Shown: piece by piece, positions 7,927 to 18,782 of the stretch
Layout of the letters: each line of letters opens with the position of its first letter
Numbering within the stretch: position 1 is the stretch's first letter
NCBI GenBank assembly: GCA_050114675.1
Contig: JASFRY010000001.1
Span: 1-42,362 of the forward strand
DNA length: 42,362 bases
From: Gemmatimonadota bacterium
Lineage (GTDB): Bacteria; Gemmatimonadota; Gemmatimonadetes; Longimicrobiales; Gaopeijiaceae
Reading direction: 5' to 3'
The notes under the pieces: generated by a model
Told to the model about the DNA's origin: nothing
Database searches by the model: none
The model's input: only the letters and a program-made list of their open reading frames with translations
Program-made: the position numbers and the translations under genes

Positions 7927-8145
7927 ATGGCCGACACCCGGCGAGAAGGCGCACGGTCCCGCGACGTCGACCAGCGGAGGGAGGAGGCACCCGCCGACCT
8001 GCCCGACACACCTCCGTGCCCGTTCTGTGAGGGGACGCGCACGGAGCTCATGAGCGCCTTCGGCTCTCACGCCTCGGTGAGCACCTACTGGTGCCGTGAC
8101 TGCCGGAGCCCTTTCGAGGTCATGAAGTGGCGGGGCGGAGCGTAG
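7927..8145 (+). CDS. Small Cys4 zinc-ribbon protein resembling the C-terminal domain of PaaD/PaaJ
   Basis: 72 aa. The motif CPFCEGTRTELMSAFGSHASVSTYWCRDCRSPFEVMKW has the CxxC...FGS...CxxC...F..K layout that I recall from the PaaD C-terminus. Confidence 0.65.
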   Translation: MADTRREGARSRDVDQRREEAPADLPDTPPCPFCEGTRTELMSAFGSHASVSTYWCRDCRSPFEVMKWRGGA

Positions 8146-8148
8146 AGA

Positions 8149-8700
8149 TCAGGGAAGCAGCTCCACCTCTTCCAGGAAGTCCCGGAGTGGCTGCGCCACG
8201 GCCAGAGCCCGCTCGGTGATGGCCAGAGCCATCTTCTTGCAGTCTTCCGGCTCCCCCGTGAGGTGGCGGCACACGGCTTCGCCCAGGCGTCCCGCTGATT
8301 CGGAGGCGGCTTGATGGTACTCGGAATACCGCGCGCTCACACGCTGCTCGAAGATGGGCAGCTGAGGCCGCGGCGTGCCCTGGTCCTCCATGTCCTCGAA
8401 GACCGCCCGGTGGAGCGCGTCGAGTCCCTTGCGGACGACCGCCTCGTTGGTGCGTGGGAGGAACGCCAGCTGCGCTCCACGAGTATGCGCCCACATGAAG
8501 AAGATGAGCGCCTCTTCTGCGACCTGGTGGTCGGGCGTCCCGTCCTCGTCCTGCAGGGCCTCAGGATCGGGCAGAGGCGTCTCCACATCCTCGTGGGACA
8601 CGAAATCCGTGAACGTCTCCCAGACCAGACGAGCGAGGCTGTCGCCCAACTCGTCGGTCGTCATTGTCTGAGGAGCTCTGAACTCGCGAGGTTCGTCCAT
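8149..8700 (-). CDS. Hypothetical acidic protein
   Basis: The ORF runs 8149..8784. The start is placed at ATG 8700 because 8701-8812 is an AT-richer, intergenic-looking divergent region. ATG 8664 or 8784 are alternatives. No recognisable motif. Confidence 0.5.
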   Translation of the reverse strand: MDEPREFRAPQTMTTDELGDSLARLVWETFTDFVSHEDVETPLPDPEALQDEDGTPDHQVAEEALIFFMWAHTRGAQLAFLPRTNEAVVRKGLDALHRAVFEDMEDQGTPRPQLPIFEQRVSARYSEYHQAASESAGRLGEAVCRHLTGEPEDCKKMALAITERALAVAQPLRDFLEEVELLP

Positions 8701-8812
8701 TACCGTAGGATGCACGTCGTTGATTCCCGATGGTCTGTCGGTAGCAATATCCCCCAATTCCTTTCTGAAGGGCGGGGGTGTCAAGGATTATGATCAGGAG
8801 AGGGTAGAACAC

Positions 8813-9520
8813 ATGACGCGTCAACGAATGTTGCGCAAGGGGCCCGGGTCGGCAGCTGCCTTCGTATCGGGGTGCGCGGTGGCGCTCCTCGCGGCTGCTT
8901 GTGGCGGGGGGCCGCCGGACATTCCGGCTCCCCGACCCATCGTGAACTTCCAGGGCGCACGCATCCGGGCGAACAAGGATAGCATGCGGCAGGTCAACGA
9001 TTGGGTGAACCGGGAACAAGACAACATCGTGAACGACCCGGCCTTTCTGGTGCAGACGCTGTATGCTGCCGACGAAGTATACCCATGGGAGGGTCTGGAA
9101 GTGGGGACGGACACGGTGCGGGTGCGCATGGATCCTCGCGCACCAGACACACGCCTGGTCTTCGAGATCTACGCGCACCTCCACCTCATGGCGCGCATGG
9201 GGCGTCAGGAGGAGTGGCTGCCCGAGGCGCCCACGGCGACGGGATACGACCTGGAGCGGGCCATCCTGGCGCGCACGGCGGATGCCTGGCTCCTGGGGCG
9301 GGCGGTGTTCGACACCTCACCCTATGGGCCGCTGGATGAGCTCATCTACGCCAAGGACGCGGGCTTCCTGGATGCCTTCATCTTCACCGCGCGTCCCGAC
9401 GAGTTCGGGCAGGCACGGGCCCAGTGGGCCCGGGAGAAGCCGGACCGCGCCAAGGCCTATCAGGCGTGGTTCAGAAAGACGTTCAATCGGGAGCCGCCCG
9501 GTCTGCGGGCCGGGGGCTGA
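8813..9520 (+). CDS. Hypothetical lipoprotein
   Basis: The signal peptide with lipobox reads AVALLAAAC|GGG. CAGGAGAGGG lies upstream of ATG 8813. There is no recognisable catalytic motif. Confidence 0.7.
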   Translation: MTRQRMLRKGPGSAAAFVSGCAVALLAAACGGGPPDIPAPRPIVNFQGARIRANKDSMRQVNDWVNREQDNIVNDPAFLVQTLYAADEVYPWEGLEVGTDTVRVRMDPRAPDTRLVFEIYAHLHLMARMGRQEEWLPEAPTATGYDLERAILARTADAWLLGRAVFDTSPYGPLDELIYAKDAGFLDAFIFTARPDEFGQARAQWAREKPDRAKAYQAWFRKTFNREPPGLRAGG

Positions 9521-9554
9521 CCGGAGTCTCCACGTGCAGGCGGCGGGACGGAGC

Positions 9555-9875
9555 TCAGCCGCCCAGAGTCACTTCCCACTGGAGGGAGATGGGACCGTCT
9601 CCCTCCTCGTCTTTCACGTGAATGTCCACCCGACCGGTGCGCGCCAGTCGCTCGTCGGTGGCTCGCCCGCCGAACATCGCGAATCCGTCGACCCGTGCCG
9701 TGGCCGTGCGGCCGTCGGGCGCGGTGGCCCGGATGCGAGCGCCTTTGAGGGTCTTGATGGATGGGGCTTCGCCCGCCTGCAGGCGGAGGCGTAGAATACG
9801 GCCGGTGTGAGGGGCGTCCATGGCGTCCAGGACCAGGAACGCGACGCCCCGACCGGTAGCGTTAACCGTAGACAT
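9555..9875 (-). CDS. Hypothetical small protein (106 aa)
   Basis: The clean ORF has a protein-like, beta-rich-looking composition. No family is recognised. Confidence 0.45.
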   Translation of the reverse strand: MSTVNATGRGVAFLVLDAMDAPHTGRILRLRLQAGEAPSIKTLKGARIRATAPDGRTATARVDGFAMFGGRATDERLARTGRVDIHVKDEEGDGPISLQWEVTLGG

Positions 9876-9920
9876 GGCACAAAGAGTACCCCGAAGTGCC
9901 TCTCAAAGGAAGACGGCGGC

Positions 9921-11354
9921 GTGCGTAACGATACGGACGGGATCTCGGATCTGGAGATGCACCCCGACGCCATGAGGGAGCTCATGGACGCGGCGGCGGC
10001 GGCCGTCATGAAGCGGATCCGGGAGCTCCCCGACGACGTGGCATGGAAGGGTGCGGCTCGAGCCGACCTGGAGCCGCTCCTCAGGGAGCCCCCTCCGGAG
10101 GAAGGGCGGCCGGCTCTGGACGTGCTGAAGCGGGCCGTGGAGGACGTGCTTCCGGTGGCTGCCCGGGTGGACCACCCCCGCTTCTTCGCCTTCGTGCCTT
10201 CGGCGGCCACCTGGCCCGGCGTCATCGCCGACTTCCTCTGTGCCGGCTTCAACACCTTCCAGGGCACCTGGCTCGGATCCGGCGGACCCAGCGCCCTGGA
10301 GCTGGTGGTCACGGACTGGTTCCGAAGCTGGGTGGGGTACCCCCGGACCGGCGGAGGCCTCTTCACCTCGGGGGGGTCGGCCGCCAGCCTGGACGCCCTC
10401 GTGGCCGCGAGGGAGCGTGCCGGCGCGCCGGACCGTCCCGCCGTGTTCATGAGCGACCAGAGCCACAGCGCCCTCGAGCGGGCGGCGCGCATCGTCGGCG
10501 TACGGCCGGCCGGAATCCGCAAGGTCGCGTCCGACGACGCGTTTCGCATCTCCACCGATGAGCTGGAGCGCGAGGTCGATCGGGCCGAGAGCGAGGGCTA
10601 CGCGCCCGTGGCCGTCTGTGCCAACGGGGGGAGCACCAACACCGGGTCCGTGGATCCACTGGAGGAGTTGGCGGACTTCTGCGCAGACCGGGGCATCTGG
10701 CTGCACGTGGATGCCGCCTATGGGGGTTTTGCGGTGGTCACCGAGCGTGGGAAAGCCCTCTTCCACGGCCTGGAGCGCGCCGACTCCATCGCCCTGGATG
10801 CCCACAAGTGGTTCTTCCAGCCCTTCGAGGCCGGCTGCCTCCTGGTGCGGGACGTGCGCTCACTGGAAGCGGCTTTCAGCGTGCACCCCGAATACCTGCA
10901 GGACACGCGGCTGGGCATGGAGCACGTAAACTTCGCCGACCGAGGGCTCCAACTCAGCCGGTCTTTCCGGGCCCTGAAGGTGTGGATGTCGGTGCAGACG
11001 TTCGGCATGGCGGCGTTCCGCCGCTCCGTGGCCCGGGGCATGGAGTTGGCGGATCGCGCCGCCGCCTGGGTGGAGGCTTCGGATCTTCTGGAGCTCATGA
11101 GCCCCGCCTCCCTCGGCGTGGTGTGCTTCCGGGTGCGGCCAGGCGGCACCCGGGACGAAGCTGACCTGGAGCATCTCAACGAGGCCGTTCAGGCGCGGGT
11201 CATCGAGACCGGCACCGCCATGATGTCGTCGACGCGCCTCCGCGGACGGTACGCGCTGAGGCTGTGCATCCTCTCTCACACGACCACCTGGCCCGACGTG
11301 GAGGCGACCCTCTCCGCCATCGAGGCGTTCGGCCGGGACGCGGCCAGGGCGTGA
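9921..11354 (+). CDS. Pyridoxal-dependent (group II, aromatic-amino-acid/glutamate-type) decarboxylase
   Basis: The PLP-lysine motif reads SIALDAHKWFFQPFEAGCLLVRD. The fold-type I core reads GGSAASLDALVAARE and WLHVDAAYGG. The start is GTG 9921 (AGGAAG upstream) or ATG 9957. Confidence 0.85.
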   Translation: MRNDTDGISDLEMHPDAMRELMDAAAAAVMKRIRELPDDVAWKGAARADLEPLLREPPPEEGRPALDVLKRAVEDVLPVAARVDHPRFFAFVPSAATWPGVIADFLCAGFNTFQGTWLGSGGPSALELVVTDWFRSWVGYPRTGGGLFTSGGSAASLDALVAARERAGAPDRPAVFMSDQSHSALERAARIVGVRPAGIRKVASDDAFRISTDELEREVDRAESEGYAPVAVCANGGSTNTGSVDPLEELADFCADRGIWLHVDAAYGGFAVVTERGKALFHGLERADSIALDAHKWFFQPFEAGCLLVRDVRSLEAAFSVHPEYLQDTRLGMEHVNFADRGLQLSRSFRALKVWMSVQTFGMAAFRRSVARGMELADRAAAWVEASDLLELMSPASLGVVCFRVRPGGTRDEADLEHLNEAVQARVIETGTAMMSSTRLRGRYALRLCILSHTTTWPDVEATLSAIEAFGRDAARA

Positions 11355-12121
11355 GCGCCCGGCACACCTCGCGCGCGACCCTGCTCCTGGGAGCAGGAGC
11401 CACGGCGGTCCTCGTCCCCGTCCTGGCGCTCGCGGGGCTCCCCCTCATGGATTCGATCGCGTTGGCGGTACTCCTGGGGCTCCTGCCGGCGCTCTCGGTG
11501 GCGCAGCTCCATCTCATGGAAGGGGTGCAGATCGAGCGGATTCCCGCGTACGTCAGCTCCGCGATCACCCTCGTGGTGCTGGGTGGGGGGTGCCTTCTCG
11601 TGGGGATCCGGAAGGGTGGGCCCGCCGCCGTGGGGCTCGTATCCCTCTCGCCGGCGTCCCTCGCCGGGTGGGGAGCGGGGCTGGCCATGGCGGGCCTGGC
11701 GCTCATGCTCGCCTTCAGGCGCATGGCGACCGGCCTGGGGCTCCGGGAGGCGCGCGTCCTCCGCGAGCTGCTGCCCCGGACCTCCCGGGAACGTTGGATC
11801 TTCGGAGGACTGTCGCTGGCGGCGGGTCTGGGGGAGGAGATGGCCTACAGGGGCTACGCCCTCACCGTGTTGGCCGGCGTGGTCGGGACGGGGGTGGCGG
11901 CCGTGGTGACGTCCCTGGTCTTCGGCGTCCTCCACGCATACCAGGGAGGACTGGGGATGCTGCGGGCCTGCGCCCTTGGCGGAATCCTGGCGTGGGGGTT
12001 CCTGGCTGCCGGCAGCCTCTGGCCGGCCATGGTGGCCCACGCCCTCCTGGACGTCATGGCGGGGATCGTACTCGCGGAGCGGCTCATGGTACCTGAGGCC
12101 CGGGTCGGGGTATCGGGCTGA
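11351..12121 (+). CDS. CPBP family intramembrane glutamic endopeptidase (CAAX protease-like)
   Basis: The polytopic membrane protein carries motifs GEEMAYRGY, FGVLHAYQG and HALLDV. GTG 11351 overlaps the decarboxylase stop (GTGA). Confidence 0.8.
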   Translation: MSARHTSRATLLLGAGATAVLVPVLALAGLPLMDSIALAVLLGLLPALSVAQLHLMEGVQIERIPAYVSSAITLVVLGGGCLLVGIRKGGPAAVGLVSLSPASLAGWGAGLAMAGLALMLAFRRMATGLGLREARVLRELLPRTSRERWIFGGLSLAAGLGEEMAYRGYALTVLAGVVGTGVAAVVTSLVFGVLHAYQGGLGMLRACALGGILAWGFLAAGSLWPAMVAHALLDVMAGIVLAERLMVPEARVGVSG

Positions 12122-12146
12122 GAGCGAGCAATCTCACGGGGGACCA

Positions 12147-12560
12147 ATGGACGTGGATCTTGCGCTTCTCGCCGATGCGGCCACCATCGACGCCTCGGGG
12201 AAGCTGAACATCCTGGGGATCTTCGATCGGCTGGGGACGTCGTCGTTTCCGGCACAGCACCCTCACATGGTGCTCATTCTCCGCTTCACCGCCGGCGTGA
12301 GCGAGATGGGGACCCACCAGGTGGAGATCGCCCTGAAGGATCCCAAGGGGGAGGAGGTCGTCCACATCGACGGCGAGATGCATATCGGTCCCGGTTCCAG
12401 GGCCGGGGAGCGCGTGAAGGTGCCCCAGGTGCTCAACCTGGACGGCATCGTGTTCCCCGTGGCGGGCCGGTACGCCTTCGACGTACGGGTCGACGGCGAC
12501 CACCACGTCTCCGTGCCCCTCCTGGTTTCGGGCCCCGCCACCGGGGGCGCCGACGCCTGA
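12147..12560 (+). CDS. Hypothetical protein (137 aa)
   Basis: The product begins MDVDLALLADAATIDASGKLNILGIFDRL... The composition is protein-like, but I cannot name the family with confidence. Confidence 0.6.
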   Translation: MDVDLALLADAATIDASGKLNILGIFDRLGTSSFPAQHPHMVLILRFTAGVSEMGTHQVEIALKDPKGEEVVHIDGEMHIGPGSRAGERVKVPQVLNLDGIVFPVAGRYAFDVRVDGDHHVSVPLLVSGPATGGADA

Positions 12561-12700
12561 AGGCGGGTCATCAGCCCTACGCGGCCATGGGGAGGTTTCC
12601 CACACGCGGCGTCGAGGTGCTTGCAGAAACCGGACGACCGTCCGATAGGTATGAATAGACAGGAAGAGCGCTTCACCACGCGGCACAGCGGAGACTCGCG

Positions 12701-13123
12701 GTGATTCTTCACTGCAACTACGAGGAGATCCGGGCCTTGAAGTCCGGCGGCCGGTCCCTGTTGGACGGGGATGCGGAGGTGTCGGCGGCTGTCCTGGCGC
12801 CACCGGAGCACCGAGCCCGGGTCGAGGCGCTGCTGCCTCGCCTGGAGGGTGACCTCTCGGTGACGACCCTCCACGAAATGGCGGGTGTGGCGCTGGCCGT
12901 GGATGCCATCCTGGCCTTCCTCCGCGCCGAGATGGATGCCGTGGTGCTTGCGACCCACGCCGCTGACGAATCTGCCGTGGCGGCCTACTTCGACTACGCC
13001 CACGTGCTCACCGTGTCGCACCGGATCCACGAGATGGCCGCCGAGATGGAGGCCCTCATCGAGCTGGTCACGGGCAGGGCCGTGGACCGCGAGACCGCGC
13101 GGACCTTCCTCTTCTCCGACTGA
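12701..13123 (+). CDS. Hypothetical protein (140 aa), first gene of the ECF sigma operon
   Basis: GTG start at 12701. The next gene starts 3 nt after its stop. No motif is recognised. Confidence 0.55.
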   Translation: MILHCNYEEIRALKSGGRSLLDGDAEVSAAVLAPPEHRARVEALLPRLEGDLSVTTLHEMAGVALAVDAILAFLRAEMDAVVLATHAADESAVAAYFDYAHVLTVSHRIHEMAAEMEALIELVTGRAVDRETARTFLFSD

Positions 13124-13126
13124 TCC

Positions 13127-13444
13127 GTGGCCGCGGACCGTGTCGCAGTCCTGGAGCGGATGCTGGAGCGCCGCCCCGACGATGCCCGTCTCCGGTTCGG
13201 TCTCGCCCTCGAGTACCTCAACGCCGATCGCCTGCACGAGGGTGTGAGGGAACTGCGCGCCTACCTCGAGGCTTCGGAGGATGAAGGAAACGCGTGGGGC
13301 CGCCTGGGAGCCGCCCTGCGCACGATGGGCCGCGATGACGAGGCCCGGGAGGCGTATCTCAGGGGAATCGAGGCCGCGAGCCGCCACGGCCATCCGACCA
13401 TGGCGGAGGAGTTCCAGGACGTGCTGGACGGGTGGGACCCGTGA
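13127..13444 (+). CDS. Small TPR-like repeat protein
   Basis: 105 aa, helical, with a TPR-like pattern (FGLALEYLNADRLHEGVRELRAYL...AWGRLGAALRTMGRDDEAREAYLRGI). GTG start. Confidence 0.6.
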   Translation: MAADRVAVLERMLERRPDDARLRFGLALEYLNADRLHEGVRELRAYLEASEDEGNAWGRLGAALRTMGRDDEAREAYLRGIEAASRHGHPTMAEEFQDVLDGWDP

Positions 13445-14043
13445 GCAGCACGTCCTCGGAGACGGACAAGCGCGCCAGCTTCGAGGCGGAGGCGCTGCCC
13501 CACCTCGACGCGGTGTACCGCTTCGCCCTCCGGCTCACGGGCTCGCCCGACCAGGCTCAGGACCTGGTGCAGGATACGTTTCTCCGGGCCTATCGCTCGT
13601 GGGATCAATACACACCGGGGACCCAGTGCAAGAGTTGGCTCTTCACCATCTGTCGCAACGTCTTTCTCCGTCGCCGCGAGCGTGGCCAGCGGCACGACGA
13701 GATCGTGGCGGAGAACGTGGCCCGAGACGGGAGTGCGCCGGAGCCCATGAATCCGCTGTGGCTCTCCGTGGCGCATCAGGATCCCGAGGGAGAGTTCTTC
13801 GACTCCATCGTGGACGAGACGATCCTGGAGGCCATCGACCAGCTCCCGGAGGAATACCGCACCGCGGTCGTGCTGTCGGACGTCGAAGGCATGTCCTACG
13901 ACGAGATCGCCGAGCTCATGGAGGTGCCGGTGGGCACCGTGAAGAGCCGGCTGTTCCGGGGACGGAGGAAGCTGCAGAAGATGCTCTACGACTACGCGGT
14001 TGAGATGGGATATCTGAGACCCGGCGCGGAGGCGACGCCGTGA
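13441..14043 (+). CDS. ECF (sigma-70 family group 4) RNA polymerase sigma factor
   Basis: Region 2 reads DLVQDTFLRAYRSW...WLFTICRN. Region 4 reads EYRTAVVLSDVEGMSYDEIAELMEVPVGTVKSRLFRGRRKL. GTG 13441 overlaps the upstream stop, and GTG 13432 is an alternative. Confidence 0.9.
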   Translation: MSSTSSETDKRASFEAEALPHLDAVYRFALRLTGSPDQAQDLVQDTFLRAYRSWDQYTPGTQCKSWLFTICRNVFLRRRERGQRHDEIVAENVARDGSAPEPMNPLWLSVAHQDPEGEFFDSIVDETILEAIDQLPEEYRTAVVLSDVEGMSYDEIAELMEVPVGTVKSRLFRGRRKLQKMLYDYAVEMGYLRPGAEATP

Positions 14044-14297
14044 AAGAGCACGACGTGATCTCGTGCGAGCAGGCGTTGAGCCTGGTCTACGAGTTTCTGG
14101 ACGGCGAGCTGGACGGGGTGCCCGAGGAGCAGGTGCGTGCCCACTTCGACATGTGCCGGGAATGCTATCCCCACCTCAAGCTGGAAGCGTCCTTCCGGGC
14201 GGCGCTGCGCAAGGCGTCTCTGGGTGAGGCGCCCCCCGCCGAGCTGAAGCAGAGGCTCATGGAGGAGCTGTCGCGCGTCGAGGACGGCTTGGCCTGA
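14040..14297 (+). CDS. Cytoplasmic zinc-binding anti-sigma factor (ZAS, RsrA-like)
   Basis: 85 aa with no TM segment. It has the HxxxCxxC motif (HFDMCRECYPH) plus an N-terminal Cys (ISCEQAL). GTG 14040 overlaps the sigma factor stop (GTGA). Confidence 0.85.
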   Translation: MKEHDVISCEQALSLVYEFLDGELDGVPEEQVRAHFDMCRECYPHLKLEASFRAALRKASLGEAPPAELKQRLMEELSRVEDGLA

Positions 14298-14471
14298 CGC
14301 GCCTCGGGACCCCGCCTTGCCCTCTCCAGCGCAATTGCAGAAGCTTGGTGCCGGAGCGGTCCCACCCCGTCCCAGCGCCCGTCCGGCGCGGCGCGCTGAT
14401 CGCCGCTCCACGTCCGTGATGTGCTCTGCTGCTGGGCACTGAACCCCCGGAACAGCTTGCCTGGAGAAGGA

Positions 14472-16993
<2,522 letters not shown>

Positions 16994-16997
<4 letters not shown>

Positions 16998-17035
16998 CGG
17001 CCGGCGCGTCCCGTCGTGGGGCCGGACCCCGTCAG
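16994..17035. terminator. GC-rich hairpin between convergent gyrA and the esterase gene (possible bidirectional terminator)
   Basis: CTGACGG (16994-17000) pairs with CCGTCAG (17029-17035), and CCGGC (17001-17005) pairs with GCCGG (17021-17025). There is no clear U-tract. Confidence 0.35.
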
Positions 17036-17042
17036 CGCCGCA

Positions 17043-17900
17043 TCATCTCTGCGGCCGGAGAGCCGCCCGAAGCCCCCGGGTCAGGACCACCGGGGGAACC
17101 GACGTGTGTCCCTCGTTCTCGAAGACCTCCGTCTTCACCGTGAGCGAGGGATAGCGTCGGCCTTCCAGCCGTGCGGCCATCTCACGCACGTTCGTCACGA
17201 AGCGGAACGGGTCCACGGCGGGGTTTCCCGCGCCCTCCTCGAGGGCGCCCACGCCCATGAAGAGGCTCGCCGCGATGTCCTGGTGGTTGTCGGCCGTCCG
17301 CTTCTCCAGGTCGAAGAGCATGGCGTCGTCCCACCAGATGGCGGGGCTCCCCGCGATGTAGTGGTCGAAGCTCCCGGGCCGGTCGAGAAGCGCGTACAAG
17401 GTGAACAGCCCTCCCAGGGAACACCCGAAGAGCGTTCCCCTGCCCTCCACGGGATAGCGCTCCGCCACGAAAGGCTTCACTTCGTCTTCGATGAACGCCA
17501 GGAACTCGGGAGCCCGGCCGGTGCGGCTCCCTTCGGGGAGCAGGGGCTCCCAGGTGGGATCGAACTGCTTTCCCATGGACTCGAACTGGGGGCTGGCCGT
17601 AGGGGTGAGGTCGCGGTTGCGGATCTCTCCCTGGACCATCGGATCCTCGGTCCCGTAGGCGATACCCACGACCAGCATGGGCGGAAGCACCGCATACAGG
17701 ACGTGCATGAGGCGTGTCAGCTCCGCCGCCGTGCAGAACCAGATGTCGGCGTCGGTGACGTAGAGCACCGGATACGCTTCCCGGGGCGGCGTGCGCGGGT
17801 TCTGTGTCGGGATCGCGACCCAGAGCTCGTAGTCGGCCTCGGCATGGCGGGACGTGAGCGCATGGACCTCGGAGCGTGGCAAGCGTACGGGGCGGGACAT
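17043..17900 (-). CDS. Alpha/beta hydrolase, putative esterase family (enterochelin-esterase/IroE-like)
   Basis: The nucleophile elbow is GCSLGG, with YPVLYVTDAD upstream and a His near the C-terminus (ENEGHTS). The start is ATG 17900 or ATG 17939. Confidence 0.75.
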   Translation of the reverse strand: MSRPVRLPRSEVHALTSRHAEADYELWVAIPTQNPRTPPREAYPVLYVTDADIWFCTAAELTRLMHVLYAVLPPMLVVGIAYGTEDPMVQGEIRNRDLTPTASPQFESMGKQFDPTWEPLLPEGSRTGRAPEFLAFIEDEVKPFVAERYPVEGRGTLFGCSLGGLFTLYALLDRPGSFDHYIAGSPAIWWDDAMLFDLEKRTADNHQDIAASLFMGVGALEEGAGNPAVDPFRFVTNVREMAARLEGRRYPSLTVKTEVFENEGHTSVPPVVLTRGLRAALRPQR

Positions 17901-18107
17901 GCGGGGTCTCCTGTGGGGGTCGTGTTCCGTCGCCGACAAGGTGACACCTCACGTAGCGTGAGGATCAAGGCCGTGCTCCGGTACCCGTGGGTGGCTGTTA
18001 CAAAGGCCCTACGTAAGATGACGGATGGAAGGCCCGGCAGACGGGAGGTGAGACTTGGGCGTCGGTGGGGAATGCGGCGTCGCGACTCCCGGAAGGAGGG
18101 TTCGGCC

Positions 18108-18782
18108 ATGGACGGAAGGAAATCGTACCTCTTGCCCAACCTCGTCATCGGTACGCGGGTGGCGCTGGCCTTCGTGGCAGTAGGGCTTCTGAGGCTGGGC
18201 TCGCCTGCGGCCACGGGGGCGGCCATAGCCCTCATCGTGGTGGCCATCGGCCTGGACGGTCTCGACGGATACCTTGCACGCAGGCTGGATCTCACCTCGG
18301 AGCTGGGGAGCGTGTTGGACATCACGGCCGACCGCATCGTGGAGCACATGTTCTGGATCGCATTCGCCGTCGTAGGGCGGGTGGGGCTCTGGGTCCCTCT
18401 GTTGATCATGACCCGGAGCTTCGTGGTGGATGCCGCCCGGGGGATGGCGCTGATCCACGGCAGGACCGCGTTCGGCTCGCGGAGCATGATGCGCTCGGCG
18501 ACGAGCCGCTTCCTCACGGGGTCGCGGTTCATGCGCACGTTCTACGCTGCGGCCAAGGTGGCGGCATTCGTCCTCCTCGGAACGGTCGTCCTGGCCGTCG
18601 AGACCAACGGCGGGGGGTGGGCCCTCGGTGCCGAGGCCGTCCACGGCCTCGATCTGGCGGCCCGAGCGTCGGTATGGGTCGCCGTGACCCTGTGCGTCGT
18701 CCGGGGCGTGCCCGTGGTCTGGGATAGCCGGAGCTATATCACCGGGGCCCCGGGCCCCGGTCGGGTGGGACGTCCCGCGTGA
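18108..18782 (+). CDS. CDP-alcohol phosphatidyltransferase family protein
   Basis: The complete signature D-x2-DG-x2-AR-x8-G-x3-D-x3-D is present (DGLDGYLARRLDLTSELGSVLDITAD). The protein is polytopic. GGAAGGAGGG lies upstream of ATG 18108. Confidence 0.88.
   Translation: MDGRKSYLLPNLVIGTRVALAFVAVGLLRLGSPAATGAAIALIVVAIGLDGLDGYLARRLDLTSELGSVLDITADRIVEHMFWIAFAVVGRVGLWVPLLIMTRSFVVDAARGMALIHGRTAFGSRSMMRSATSRFLTGSRFMRTFYAAAKVAAFVLLGTVVLAVETNGGGWALGAEAVHGLDLAARASVWVAVTLCVVRGVPVVWDSRSYITGAPGPGRVGRPA

Noticed and set aside
8731-8746. Sigma-54-like match TGGTCTG-TCGG-TAGCA upstream of the lipoprotein gene at 8813
   Set aside because: The spacing is correct and the site is intergenic. However, both boxes deviate (TGGTCT and TAGC), and matches of this relaxed quality are expected by chance several times in 42 kb. 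It is worth a glance only if the other three promoters are validated.
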